This document shows positions 12,663 to 22,314 of a stretch of DNA of 64,000 nt, piece by piece. The stretch is from an uncultured Alphaproteobacteria bacterium (lineage in GTDB: Bacteria > Pseudomonadota > Alphaproteobacteria > Acetobacterales > Acetobacteraceae), in contig CAVPIQ010000002.1 of assembly GCA_963705035.1 (NCBI GenBank), forward strand, positions 386,662-450,661, written 5' to 3'. The translations under genes were made by a program, and so were the position numbers. Every line of letters starts with the position of its first letter. Position 1 is the stretch's first letter. The notes beneath the pieces were generated by a model, which saw nothing but the letters and a program-made list of their open reading frames with translations, did not search any database and was not told where the DNA came from.

Positions 12663-13354
12663 TGCCGACCACGGACCTGATCGAGCGACTGGTCGCCGAG
12701 GCCGAGCCGGTGCGCCCGCTGCACGCGCCCGCCGCGCGCGCGGCGCTGTGGCTGCTGCTGGCGGCGGTGGTGATCGGTGCGCTGGTGCTGGTCTACGGGC
12801 TGGCCGACAATTTGGCGGCGCGGTTCGCACGGGCGCGCGAGTGGCTGTTCCTCGGCGGTGGCGGTCGCGACCGGCGTGCTCGCGGCGGTGGCCGCGTTCC
12901 AGGCGAGCCTTCCCGACCGCTCGCGCGCCTGGCTGCTGCTGCCGGTTCCGGCCGCGGCGCTCTGGCTGCTCACCGTCAGCGGCGGCTGCCTCGCCGCGCT
13001 GGCTGTGGCCGGCGCCGAGCGGGCCCTACATGGGGCCGGGGCGGCTCTGCTTCGAACTGCTGATCGCCTCCGGCGTGCCGATGACGGTCGCGATGGCGCT
13101 GATGCTGCGCCACGCGCGGCGGCTGCACGCGACCGGGCCGGTGGCGCATGGGGGCGCTGGCGGTCGCCGCCCTCACCGCGGCCGGGATGGCGCTGATAAA
13201 CCCGATGGACGCGACGGCGCTGGTGCTGACCTGCGACCTGGGCGTGGCGTTGCTGGTGCTGGCCGCCGACCGCGCGGCCGGCGGGCGGCTGCTCACGCGC
13301 CGGTGGCGGCGTGCAGCACCTCGGCGGCATGCCGCGTCCGGCCCGCATCCGTGA
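12659..13354 (+). pseudogene. NrsF-like DUF1109 anti-sigma-F membrane protein, about three frame changes
   Basis: MMPTTDLIERLVAEAEPVRPLHAPAARAALWLLLAAVVIGALVLVYGLADNLAARF comes first. It continues in other frames as GSAVATGVLAAVAAFQASLPDRSRAWLLLPVPAAALWLLTVSGGCL, then CFELLIASGVPMTVAMALMLRHARRLH, then GALAVAALTAAGMALINPMDATALVLTCDLGVALLVLAA. The 3' end is uncertain. Confidence 0.6.
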
Positions 13355-13517
13355 GTTCGTAGCGCCCGTCGGGACGTTTGCGGACCAGCCCGCGCTCGGC
13401 GAGGCGGGCGAGGCATGGCCCGTCCTTCAGCCCGTCCGGCCGGCCCACCTCCCCCGCGAGATGCAGCCGCTGCATCGCCGAGCGGCAGCAGGTTTCCAGG
13501 TACGGCTCATGCCACAT
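13293..13517 (-). CDS. small hypothetical protein, winged-helix-like
   Basis: 74-aa intact reading frame: [68 protein letters not shown]. The call rests on sequence character only; I recognise no family. Confidence 0.4.
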   Translation of the reverse strand: MWHEPYLETCCRSAMQRLHLAGEVGRPDGLKDGPCLARLAERGLVRKRPDGRYELTDAGRTRHAAEVLHAATGA

Positions 13518-13580
13518 GCCGGTGGATGTGCCCGCCGCCGCGTGCTTGCCGCAAGCGCCGCGGTGCGGCAGGAAGCCGCC

Positions 13581-14631
13581 ATGCTTGCCGCCGCCGCCAT
13601 GCCGCTGCTCCGCCGCCTCGATGCCGAGCGGGCCCACGCGATCGCGCTCCGGGCGCTGCGCCTGCGCCGCGGCGCGGCGCCGGCTGCGCCGGACGACCCG
13701 CGCCTCGCGGTCCGCGCGCTGGGGCTCGGCTTCGCCAACCCGATCGGGCTTGCCGCCGGGTTCGACAAGAACGCGGTGGCGCTGGCCCGGCCTGATGCGG
13801 CTCGGCTTCGGGTTCCTGGAAGCCGGGACGGTCACGCCCCGGCCGCAGCCGGGCAACCCGCGCCCGCGCATCTTCCGCCTGCGAGCCCGACGGCGCGGTC
13901 ATCAACCGGCTGGGCTTCAACAACGCCGGCATCGCCGCCTTCGTCCGCCACCTCGCCGCCCGCCCGCGCGGTGGTGCCGGTGGGCGCCAATGTCGGGCCG
14001 AACCGCGAGGGCGCGGTGCCGGAGCGCGACTACCCGGCGCTGGTCGCGGCGGTGGCGCCGCACGCCGACTACGTGGTGATCAACGTCTCCTCGCCGAACA
14101 CGCCTGGGCTGCGCGATCTGCAGGCGCGCGGCGCGGCTGGCGCGGCATCCTGGACGCGATCCGCGCCGCGGTGCCGCAGCCGCCGCCGCTGCTGGTCAAG
14201 CTCGCCCCGGATCTCGCCGCCGCCGACCTCGCGCCGATCGTCGACGCTGCGTGTGCGAAGCGGGCGTCGCCGGGCTGGTGGTGGCGAACACGACGCTCGC
14301 CCGCCCCGGCGGGCTGCGCTCGCCGGCACGCGGGCGAGGCCGGCGGGCTCTCCGGCGCGCCGCTGTTCGCGCCTTCGACCGCGATGCTCGCCGCGGTGGC
14401 GCGGCTGGCGGCCGGGCGGCTGGTGCTGATCGGCGTCGGCGGCATCGCGACCGGGCGCGAGGTGCTGGAGAAGATCCGGGCCGGCGCGAGCCTGGTGCAG
14501 CTCTACACCGGCTTCGCGCTGCACGGCCCGGCGCTGATCCCGCGGCTGAAGCGCGAGCTGCTCGCCGCGCTCGACGAAGGCGGTTTTGCAACGCGTCGCG
14601 CGACGCCATCGGCGCCGACCTCAGGGACTGA
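13581..14631 (+). pseudogene. pyrD: dihydroorotate dehydrogenase (quinone), several frame changes
   Basis: [18 protein letters not shown]...[19 protein letters not shown] is followed, in different frames, by [99 protein letters not shown], and GGLSGAPLFAPSTAMLAAVARLAAGRLVLIGVGGIATGREVLEKIRAGASLVQLYTGF. Confidence 0.8.
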
Positions 14632-14632
14632 C

Positions 14633-15502
14633 ATGCAGCATCTGCACAATTTCGCGCCGCTCGCCGCGCGCTACGACGGGTTCGTGCTCGATCTGTGGGG
14701 CGTCATCCATGACGGGGTGTCGCCCTATCCCGGCGCCGTCGATTGCCTGGAGCGGCTGCGCGCCGCCGGCAAGCGGGTGGTGCTGCTCTCCAACGCGCCG
14801 CGCCGCGCCGCCGACGCCGCCGCCGCGATGCGCGCGATGGGGATCGGCGACGCGCTCTACACCGGCATCGTGACCAGCGGCGAGGCGACGCACGCCCTGC
14901 TGCGCGACCGCAGCCGACCCGGCGTTCGCCGCACTCGGCCGGCGGCTGTTCCATCTCGGCCCGGAGCGCGACCGCAACGTGTTCGACGGGCTCGACGTCG
15001 AGAGCGTGGCCGCGCCGGCGGCGGCGACGTTCGTGCTCAACACCGGCCCCGACGACAGCCACCAGCCCGACCGAGATCGGCCCGTGGGAGGCGACGCTGC
15101 GTGCGTGCCGCGCGGCGCGGGCTGCCGATGGTCTGCGCCAATCCGGACCTGGAAGTGATCCGCGGCGGCGAGCGGGTGATCTGCGCCGGCGCGCTGGCGC
15201 TGCGCTACGCGGCGCTCGGCGGCGACGTGCTGCTGGGTCGGCAAGCCGGACCCGGCGGTCTATCGGCCGGTGCTCGACGCTGCTCGGCGATGCCGAAGGC
15301 GCGCGTGCTCGCGGTGGGCGACGCGCTGCGCACCGACATCGCCGGCGCCGCCGCGGCCGGGCTCGACGCGGCCTGGGTGCTCGGCGGCATCCATGGCGCG
15401 GCACTGGTGGGGGCCGCGCTCGCGGGGCCGGATGCGGCAGAGGCGATGGCGCGGCGGGCGGGCCTGGCGCCGCTGGCGACCCTGCCCGCCCTCCGCTGGT
15501 AG
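14633..15502 (+). pseudogene. HAD-IIA family hydrolase (TIGR01459-like), several frame changes
   Basis: MQHLHNFAPLAARYDGFVLDLWGVIHDGVSPYPGAVDCLERLRAAGKRVVLLSNAPRRA comes first. Later, in other frames, come MVCANPDLEVIRGGERVICAGALALRYAALGGDV and VLAVGDALRTDIAGAAAAGLDAAWVLGGIHG. Confidence 0.7.
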
Positions 15503-15518
15503 CGCGCGGCGCGCCCGG

Positions 15519-15767
15519 TCAGTTCGAGCGCGGACCGGTCTGGGTCGCCGACGCCGTCGTGTTGTCGTGGAACACGCTCGTCCACGACCCGCTCACGATC
15601 GGCGAAGTGCTGTTGTACGCCCAGGGTCGGCTGCCGCAGTCCGAGCCCACGTAGTAGCCGAGCGGCCGGCCGGGCGGGCCGTTGTCGTGATCGTTCGGCG
15701 GCGGGCAGAAGGCAAAGGCCGGCGTTGCCGCAATCAGCGACGCCGCCATGAACAGAATTGTTTTCAT
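15519..15767 (-). CDS. small secreted protein of unknown function
   Basis: The RBS AAGGAG precedes ATG 15767. The signal peptide is MKTILFMAASLIAATPAFA. The mature part is about 60 aa with two Cys. The gene sits next to a locally AT-richer upstream region. Confidence 0.55.
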   Translation of the reverse strand: MKTILFMAASLIAATPAFAFCPPPNDHDNGPPGRPLGYYVGSDCGSRPWAYNSTSPIVSGSWTSVFHDNTTASATQTGPRSN

Positions 15768-15947
15768 GAGGGATCTCCTTGTGCCTGACCGGAGAAGTTG
15801 GCCCCGATTAAGGAAGTCGTCAGGCACGCTCATGAACTTCGGCATACAAACGACGAGCACCAGACACGCCAGCGCTAAAAAATCAGATATAACATTGCTG
15901 TCGTATTGCTCACGTCGACGCGAACCCGATCGTGACTGGAGGCCGAC

Positions 15948-16274
15948 TTAGCGGCCGCCGCCGCTTCCGCCGCCACCCCCGCCGGCGCCGCCACCCGCGT
16001 TCCCTCCGCCGCCGCGACCAACGGATGATGCATGCGCCGGGGCCGACCGGAACCCGACCGGGGCGACGGTCCCGCTGGGCGTCGCGGCGGTGGCGGAGGC
16101 CGAGGTGCCCGCCGTCTTCGTCAGCGCCTGCGGGAATGCGTTGTGGTCGAGCGAGCCGCCGTGCGAGAGCAGGCCCGGCGGATAGGTCGGGATCGTCCCG
16201 CCCTCACAGCCGATGACGGCACCCGCCGCCGGCAGCAGCAGCGCCGCCCGCAGTGTCAGCCTTGTCAGTGTCAT
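15948..16274 (-). CDS. lipoprotein with a Gly-rich C-terminal tail
   Basis: The RBS GAGGAGGG precedes ATG 16274. MTLTRLTLRAALLLPAAGAVIGC contains a lipobox (VIGC). The tail is GRGGGGNAGGGAGGGGGGSGGGR. Confidence 0.55.
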   Translation of the reverse strand: MTLTRLTLRAALLLPAAGAVIGCEGGTIPTYPPGLLSHGGSLDHNAFPQALTKTAGTSASATAATPSGTVAPVGFRSAPAHASSVGRGGGGNAGGGAGGGGGGSGGGR

Positions 16275-16340
16275 GGTTGCCCTCCTCGCGCCGCGGCTGG
16301 CGCGCACCCAGTCCGCGCCGCCTGCGATGGACGTCGTGGC

Positions 16341-16390
16341 CCCCGCGGCAATTCCCCCGCGGCAAATCCCCCGCGGCAATTCCCCCGCTT
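16341..16390. repeat. 14-bp tandem repeat (about 3.4 copies) upstream of the lipoprotein gene
   Basis: CCCCGCGGCAATTC / CCCCGCGGCAAATC / CCCCGCGGCAATTC / CCCCGCTTCAC, located 67-116 nt upstream of ATG 16274. Confidence 0.85.
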
Positions 16391-16414
16391 CACCCGCGCG
16401 TCAATCCCCGCGCG

Positions 16415-17065
16415 TCAGGCGCGGCCGGCGGAGGGGGAGAGCAGCAGCGGATCGACCTTCAACTTCGCCAACGCCCGCCGCCATTTCGTGTCGTGCTCGT
16501 CGTCGAACAGCAGCGCCGGGTCGGCCGAGCACCGACAGCCAGGCATTCTGGGCGAACTCCGCCTCCAGTTGGCCCGGACCCCAGCCGGCGTAGCCGAGCG
16601 CCAGCATGCCCTGCGCCGGGCCGCCGCCGGCGGCGATCGCCTTGAGGATGTCGAGCGAGGCGGTCAGCGCCGTCTGCGCATCCACCCGCAGGCTGCCGTC
16701 GCCGGTCCAGTCCGCCGTGTGCAGCACGAAGCCGCGCGCGTGATCGACCGGCCCGCCCTGGCACAGCCGGATCGAGCGCGCGGGCGGCACCGGATCGACG
16801 CCCAACTGCTTCAGCAGGTCGGAAAAACTCGGTGAGGCGAGCGGGCGGTTGACCACGATGCCCATCGCGCCTTCGTCAGTGTGCGCGCAAACATAGATCA
16901 CGGACTGAGCGAAGCGCGGATCGCCCATCGTCGGCATGGCGATCAGCAATTGTCCGGTGAACGCCTGCCTCGCCCGCCGCCTCTCGCGCCAGCGACCGCG
17001 CGCGCCCGGGCGCGCGACGCGCGCGGGCGCTTGGGCGGCGGGCCGGAAGGGGCGGTCGGAGCCAT
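16415..17065 (-). pseudogene. YqgE/AlgH family (UPF0301) protein, one or two frame changes
   Basis: GQLLIAMPTMGDPRFAQSVIYVCAHTDEGAMGIVVNRPL...GFVLHT...GMLALGYAGWGPGQLEAEFAQNAWL is in ORF 16401..16949. The expected tail ADPALLFDDEHDTKWRRALAKLKVDPLLLS, ending at TGA 16415, is in another frame. The start is uncertain (possibly ATG 17065). Confidence 0.7.
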
Positions 17066-17181
17066 GTGCAATACTTTGGACATATTCGTGACGAAAACAA
17101 GTCGCGCTCCGCCCAGCGTGACAGCGCCCCGCACTGGCGCTAGGACTCCGCCCGCACCGTCACAGGGAAGGGCGCGCAGCG

Positions 17182-17663
17182 ATGACGATCAAGGTGGGCG
17201 ACAGCATTCCGTCGGTGAAGTTGATGACACCGACCGCCGACGGGCCCAAGGAGATCTCCACCGACGAGATTTTCAAGGGCAAGAAGGTCGTGCTGTTCGC
17301 GGTGCCCGGCGCATTCACGCCGACCTGCAGCGCCAAGCACCTTCCTGGTTTCTTGAGAGCGCCGCGGCGATCCGCGCCAAGGGCGTGGACACCATTGCCT
17401 GCATGGCGGTGAACGATGCGTTCGTGATGGGCGCGTGGAGCAAGGAGAAGGGTGTCGACGGCGCGATCGTGATGCTCGCCGACGGCTCCGGCACGTTCAC
17501 GAAAGCCCTGGGGCTCGAGCTCGACCTCATCGCGCGCGGCCTCGGCGTGCGCAGCCAGCGCTTCGCGTTGATCGCGCAGGACGGAAAGGTGACGCATCTG
17601 GCGGTGGAGCCGCCCGGCGGTTTCGACGTCAGCCGCGCCGAGGCGGTGCTCGCCGCCCTTTGA
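17182..17663 (+). pseudogene. peroxiredoxin (Prx5-like), one frame change
   Basis: MTIKVGDSIPSVKLMTPTADGPKEISTDEIFKGKKVVLFAVPGAFTPTCSAKHLPGF is in ORF 17182..17412. ESAAAIRAKGVDTIACMAVNDAFVMGAWSKEKGVDGAIVMLADGSGTFTKALG is in ORF 16881..17663. Confidence 0.8.
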
Positions 17664-17706
17664 CCGGATCGCGGCACACGCCGGCGTGGGTTGACGGCGG
17701 GGAGTT

Positions 17707-17723
17707 TTGCGAATAAGTCGCAA
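17707..17723 (+). promoter_or_regulatory. perfect 6-5-6 palindrome, candidate metalloregulator operator upstream of cupredoxin-FTR1
   Basis: TTGCGA-ATAAG-TCGCAA lies 25 nt upstream of the cupredoxin GTG. Its form resembles TGCA-N-TGCA type Fur/Mur boxes. No regulator gene is in the window. Confidence 0.3.
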
Positions 17724-17747
17724 CCGCAAATCTGCGGAGCCCTCGCC

Positions 17748-18073
17748 GTGCCCCGTCCTGCGCTGCTGCTTGCCCTGGCCCTCGCGGCCTTGCCGGTGCT
17801 GGCCGTCGCCGCGCCGCTCGGAACTCGTCATCGAGGGCCACGTCTTCGCGCCGGCCGAGCTGCACGTGAAGGCGGGCGAGCCGATCGAGCTGCGCGTGGT
17901 CAATCGCGACGCCACCGCGGAGGAGTTCGAAGTCTTCCGCGCTCAAGGTGGAGAAGGTCGTGGCGGGCCACAGCGAGGCGGTGGTGCGGATCCGTCCGCT
18001 CAAGCCCGGCCAGTACAAGTTCGTGGGCGAGTATCACGAGGATACCGCACACGGCGTGATCATCGCCGAATAG
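17748..18073 (+). pseudogene. cupredoxin-domain periplasmic protein, about two frame changes
   Basis: The signal-like VPRPALLLALALAALPVLAVAAP is followed by ELVIEGHVFAPAELHVKAGEPIELRVVNRDATAEEFE, then ALKVEKVVAGHSEAVVRIRPLKPGQYKFVGEYHEDTAHGVIIAE*, spread across three frames. Confidence 0.65.
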
Positions 18074-18080
18074 GCCGCCC

Positions 18081-18935
18081 ATGCTCGCCGCGGCACTCAT
18101 CGTCTTTCGCGAGGTGATCGAGGCCGGCCTCGATCGTCGGCATCGTTCTCGCGGCGACGCGCGGCGTGGCGGGGCGCGGGCGGATGGTCGCCGGCGGGAT
18201 TGCCGCGGGCGTGCTGGGCGCGCTGCTGCTGGCCGGCTTCGCCCAGCAGATCGCGGCCCTGTTCGAGGGCAGCGGCGCGGAGTTGTTCAACGCCGCCGTG
18301 CTGCTCGCGGCGGTGGTCATGCTGACCTGGCACACGGTCTGGATGGCACGCCACGGGCGCGCGATGGCGCAGTCGCTGCGCGCGGTCGGCGCGCGCGTCG
18401 CGGCCGGGGAGCGGCCGCCGGCCGCGCTCGCTGTCGTGATCGGCCTCGCGGTGCTGCGCGAGGGCAGCGAGGTGGTGCTGTTCCTCTACGGCGTTCTCGC
18501 GGCAGCGGCGGCACCTCGGCGCTCAACGTCGCATTCGGCGGCGTGCTCGGGCTCGCGGCCGGCGCCGCCGCGGCGGCGCTGATCTATGCCGGGCTGCTGG
18601 CGATTCCGGTCTCGCGCCTGTTCTCCGCCACCAACGCGCTGATCACGCTGCTCGCTGCCGGGATGGCGGCGCAGGCGGTGGCGTTCCTCCAGCAAGGCGG
18701 GCTCGCGCAGGTCTGGCAGACGCCGCTGTGGGACACGTCCGGCGTGCTGGCGGAGAATTCGCTCGTCGGGCGGCTGCTGCATACGCTGATCGGCTACACC
18801 GAGCAGCCGAACGGATTGCAGCTCGCGGTCTGGGTCGGAACGATCGCCGTTATCTGGGCGCTCGCGCGCGCACTCGGCGGCGGCCCCTCGCCCGGAAGAC
18901 GCGTTGTGATGCAGGACACGCGCCAGCGCGCCTGA
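18081..18935 (+). pseudogene. FTR1-family iron permease, about two frame changes
   Basis: MLAAALIVFREVIEAGL carries the REVIE (RExxE-type) motif. It is followed by VAGGIAAGVLGALLLAGFAQQIAALFEGSGAELFNAAVLLAAVVMLTWHTVWM and LAVLREGSEVVLFLYGV in ORF 18166..18582. The C-terminal part is in ORF 18081..18935. Confidence 0.75.
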
Positions 18936-19130
18936 TCGCCGCGTCAACGCGGTTGCCACCTAGGACAATTTCGTCCGGCGCACGCATGACATCAAACGCC
19001 GCGCGTCAACGCGCGGCATAGTGTCATTCGAACGGCGCCTTGATTTGTGTCAAGGTGGGCCGTCGAAGAAGATCGCAATCTCACCTGCCCGCGCGATCGG
19101 AGGATTCCGTCGCCAGCAGCAAAGGAGGCC

Positions 19131-21344
19131 GTGGTGAACAGTGCGTCCATGACCGCACCGACGACGATGTCGCTTTCGACCACGCTCGGACCGCTCGGCG
19201 AGTACTGGGTGGACGCGTGGCAGCGATGGATCCTCACGCTCGACGTGCTGCGCGAACGCGGCGACATCTATTTCGAGCACACGTCGCGCCCGGTGCCGCA
19301 TGTGCTGGGCTTCTCCATCGAGTTGGTGATGGACGGACGCACCCTCGCGCATCCGGTCAACTATGGCCTCGTGCGCGTGCTGCCGCCGGACGGCACCGCG
19401 CCGGCCGCCGAGAAGCGACCCTTCGTCGTGTTCGATCCGCGCGCCGGCCACGGGCCGGGCATCGGCGGGATGAAGCAGGAGAGCGAGATCGGCCTCGCCA
19501 TGGCGGCCGGGCATCCCTGCTATTTCGTGGGCTTCGCCCCTGCGCCGGTCCCCGGGCAGACGGTCGAGGATGTCTGCCGGGCGCAAGGCGCGTTCATGGC
19601 GGAGGTCGCTGCGCGGCATCCGAAGTCGGAAGGCAAGCCGGCGGTGATCGCCAACTGCCAGGCCGGCTGGCAGGTGATGATGACCGCCGCGATCCGGCCC
19701 GACCTGTTCGGCCCGATCGTGCTCGCCGGCGCCCCCCTCTCCTACTGGGCCGGCGTGCGCGGCGGCAGCCCGCTGCGCTATCTCGGCGGGCTACTGGGCG
19801 GCACGTGGCTGACGGCACTCGCCGGCGACACGGGCAGCGGCATCTTCGACGGCGCGAACCTGGTGGCCAATTTCGAGTCGATGAATCCCGCCAACACGTA
19901 CTGGAAGAAGCCGTACAACCTCTACTCGAAGGTGGATACCGAGGCGGCACGGTTCCTCGATTTCGAGACCTGGTGGGGCAGCCCGGTGCTGCTGGAAGCG
20001 CGGGAGATGCAGTGGATCGCCGACAATCTCTTCGTCGGCAACAAGCTCGCCTCCGGCCAGATCCGCACGTCGGAGGGGGCGCGCGTCGATCTGCGCAACA
20101 TCCGCTCGCCGATCGTGGTGTTCTGCTCCTGGGGCGACGACATCACGCCGCCGCAGCAGGCGCTCGGCTGGATCACCGATCTCTACGCGAAGGACGAGGA
20201 GATTGCGGCCAACGGGCAGACCATCGTCTACACGCTGCACCAGAGCATCGGCCACCTCGGCATCTTCGTCTCCGGCAAGGTCGCGAGCAAGGAACACGAC
20301 GAGCTGATCAACTGCATGGACCTGATCGACCTGCTGCCGCCCGGTCTCTATGAGGCGGTGATCACGGAGGTCGATGCGAACACCGCCAACCGCGAACTCG
20401 TCCACGGCCGCTACCTGTTCAGCCTGGAGCCGCGCCGGCTCGACGATATCCGCGCACTCGGCAACAACGCCGCCGAGGACGATTTGCGCTTCGCGACCGC
20501 GGCGCGCGTCGCCGAGATCAATCTCGGCCTCTATCGCAGCATGCTCGCGCCCCTCGTGCGCTCGATGTCGACGCCGCAGAGTGCCGAGGCGATGCGGTCG
20601 CTGCATCCGAACCGGCTGCGCTTCGCCGCGTTTTCCGACAAGAACCCGGTCATGGCGCCGGTGAAGGCGCTGGCCGAAACGGTGCGCGCCCATCGCCAGC
20701 CGGTGCCGGCGGACAATCCGCTGCTGGCGATGGAGCGGCTTGCATCCTCGACGATGACAAGCTGGCTGGAAGCCTGGGGCCGCACCCGCGACATGATGAC
20801 CGAGGCGTTCTTCCTCTCGACCTACGGCTCGCCGTTCCTCCAGTCGCTGGTCGGGCTCGGCGTCGGCGAGGCGCCGACCCCGATCCATGCGGAGCGCGAC
20901 TTGCTGCGCGAGGCGACGGAGGCGCAGCTGCGCAGCGAGCTTGTGCAGCACTTCGAAACCGGCGGCGCCGCGGAGGCCGTCGTGCGGGCACTGATCTACG
21001 TTCGCGGACTGGAAGCCGGCGTGGATGAACGCGGATATGCACTCATGCAGGCGATCCGCGCCGAGCGGCCGGCCGCGGAGCGGATCGACTTCGCGCGCTT
21101 CAAGGAGCTGTTGCGCGAGCAGGCGCTGCTGGTGCGGCTCGATGCGAAGCGGGCGGTCAAGGCGATCCCCGCGCTGCTGCCGAAGGAAACTGCGGTGCGC
21201 CGGACGGCGCTCGATATCATCCGCCGCATGGCGGGCGCGCGCGGCGTGCTGCCCGACGACGCCAAGCGACGCCTCGCGGAAATCGAGGCCATGTTCGCGG
21301 CGAAGGGTGACGCCGCGGCCAAGTCGGAGCTCACCGATGCCTGA
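19131..21344 (+). CDS. DUF3141-family alpha/beta-hydrolase-like protein (PHA-synthase-related, function unknown)
   Basis: Uninterrupted ORF. The RBS AAGGAGG is followed by GTG 19131/19134. The sequence LGPLGEYWVDAWQRWILTLDVLRERGDIYFEHTSRPVPHVLGF...VVFDPRAGHGPGIGGMK...NCQAGW is what I recognise as DUF3141. It overlaps the pta-like gene start. Confidence 0.8.
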   Translation: MVNSASMTAPTTMSLSTTLGPLGEYWVDAWQRWILTLDVLRERGDIYFEHTSRPVPHVLGFSIELVMDGRTLAHPVNYGLVRVLPPDGTAPAAEKRPFVVFDPRAGHGPGIGGMKQESEIGLAMAAGHPCYFVGFAPAPVPGQTVEDVCRAQGAFMAEVAARHPKSEGKPAVIANCQAGWQVMMTAAIRPDLFGPIVLAGAPLSYWAGVRGGSPLRYLGGLLGGTWLTALAGDTGSGIFDGANLVANFESMNPANTYWKKPYNLYSKVDTEAARFLDFETWWGSPVLLEAREMQWIADNLFVGNKLASGQIRTSEGARVDLRNIRSPIVVFCSWGDDITPPQQALGWITDLYAKDEEIAANGQTIVYTLHQSIGHLGIFVSGKVASKEHDELINCMDLIDLLPPGLYEAVITEVDANTANRELVHGRYLFSLEPRRLDDIRALGNNAAEDDLRFATAARVAEINLGLYRSMLAPLVRSMSTPQSAEAMRSLHPNRLRFAAFSDKNPVMAPVKALAETVRAHRQPVPADNPLLAMERLASSTMTSWLEAWGRTRDMMTEAFFLSTYGSPFLQSLVGLGVGEAPTPIHAERDLLREATEAQLRSELVQHFETGGAAEAVVRALIYVRGLEAGVDERGYALMQAIRAERPAAERIDFARFKELLREQALLVRLDAKRAVKAIPALLPKETAVRRTALDIIRRMAGARGVLPDDAKRRLAEIEAMFAAKGDAAAKSELTDA

Positions 21345-22305
21345 CGAGCACAAGCCGAAGCCCGCGGCGCGGCACGACAAATACGAGCGCCTGGTCGCCG
21401 CCGCGCAGCAGAACCCGCCGGTCCCGACCGCGGTCGCGCATCCGTGTGACGAAGTCTCGCTCGAAGGCGCGGTCGAGGCGGCGCGGATGGGACTGATCGA
21501 GCCCATCGCTGGTCGGGCCGGAAGCGCGCATCCGTGCCGTCGCGGCGAAGGCCAAGATCGACCTCGCCCCGTTCGAGATCGTCGATGCCGCGCACAGCCA
21601 CGATGCCGCGGCGAAGGCGGTGGCGCTGGTCACGGCCGGCCGTGCCGAGGCGCTGATGAAGGGCAGCCTGCACACCGACGAGCTGATGGGCGCCGTCGTC
21701 GCGCGCGAGGGCGGGCATCCGCACCGCGCGGCGCATCAGCCACTGCTTCGTCATGGACGTGCCGGGCCACCCCGATCCGCTCATCATCACCGACGCGGCG
21801 GTGAACATCGCGCCCACGCTCGAGGACAAGGTCGACATCGTGCAGAACGCGATCGACCTCGCGCAGGCGATGCGTTTTGCCGAGGTGCGGGTCGCGATCC
21901 TGAGTGCCATGGAGACGGTGAACCCGAAAGTCGCCCTCCACGGTCGAGGCGGCGGCGCTGTGCAAGATGGCCGATCGCGGGCAGATCACCGGCGCGCTGC
22001 TCGACGGACCGCTGGCGCTCGACAATGCCATCAGCGCCGAGGCCGCTGCGATCAAGCACATCGTCTCGCCCGTCGCTGGGCGCGCGAACGTGCTGGTGGT
22101 GCCGGACCTGGAGGCGGGCAACATGCTCGCGAAGAGCCTGTCGTTCCTGGCAGGCGCAGACGCCGCCGGCATCGTGCTCGGCGCGCGCGTGCCGATCATC
22201 CTGACCAGCCGCGCGGACTCGCTGCTCACCCGCCTCGCCTCCTGCGCCGTCGCCTCGCTGGTCGCGGCGGCGCGGCGCAGCAGCCCCGCCGCCGCCGTTC
22301 GCTGA
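21337..22305 (+). pseudogene. phosphate acetyl/butyryl-transferase (PTA_PTB family), about three frame changes
   Basis: The fragments are MPDEHKPKPAARHDKYERLVAAAQQNPPVPTAVAHPCDEVSLEGAVEAARMGLIEPI, then VTAGRAEALMKGSLHTDELMGAVVAREGG, then FVMDVPGHPDPLIITDAAVNIAPTLEDKVDIVQNAIDLA, then GALLDGPLALDNAISAEAAAIKHIVSPVAGRANVLVVPDLEAGNMLAKSL. They lie in four successive frames. Confidence 0.8.
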
Positions 22306-22314
22306 GGAGTTGGC

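Noticed and set aside
14171-15502. 443-aa ORF apparently fusing the pyrD C-terminus to the HAD hydrolase
   Set aside because: The pyrD homologous frame ends at TGA 14629..14631 (...AIGADLRD*). The HAD gene starts at ATG 14633 (MQHLHNF...). The read-through is caused by a frame change near the pyrD 3' end.
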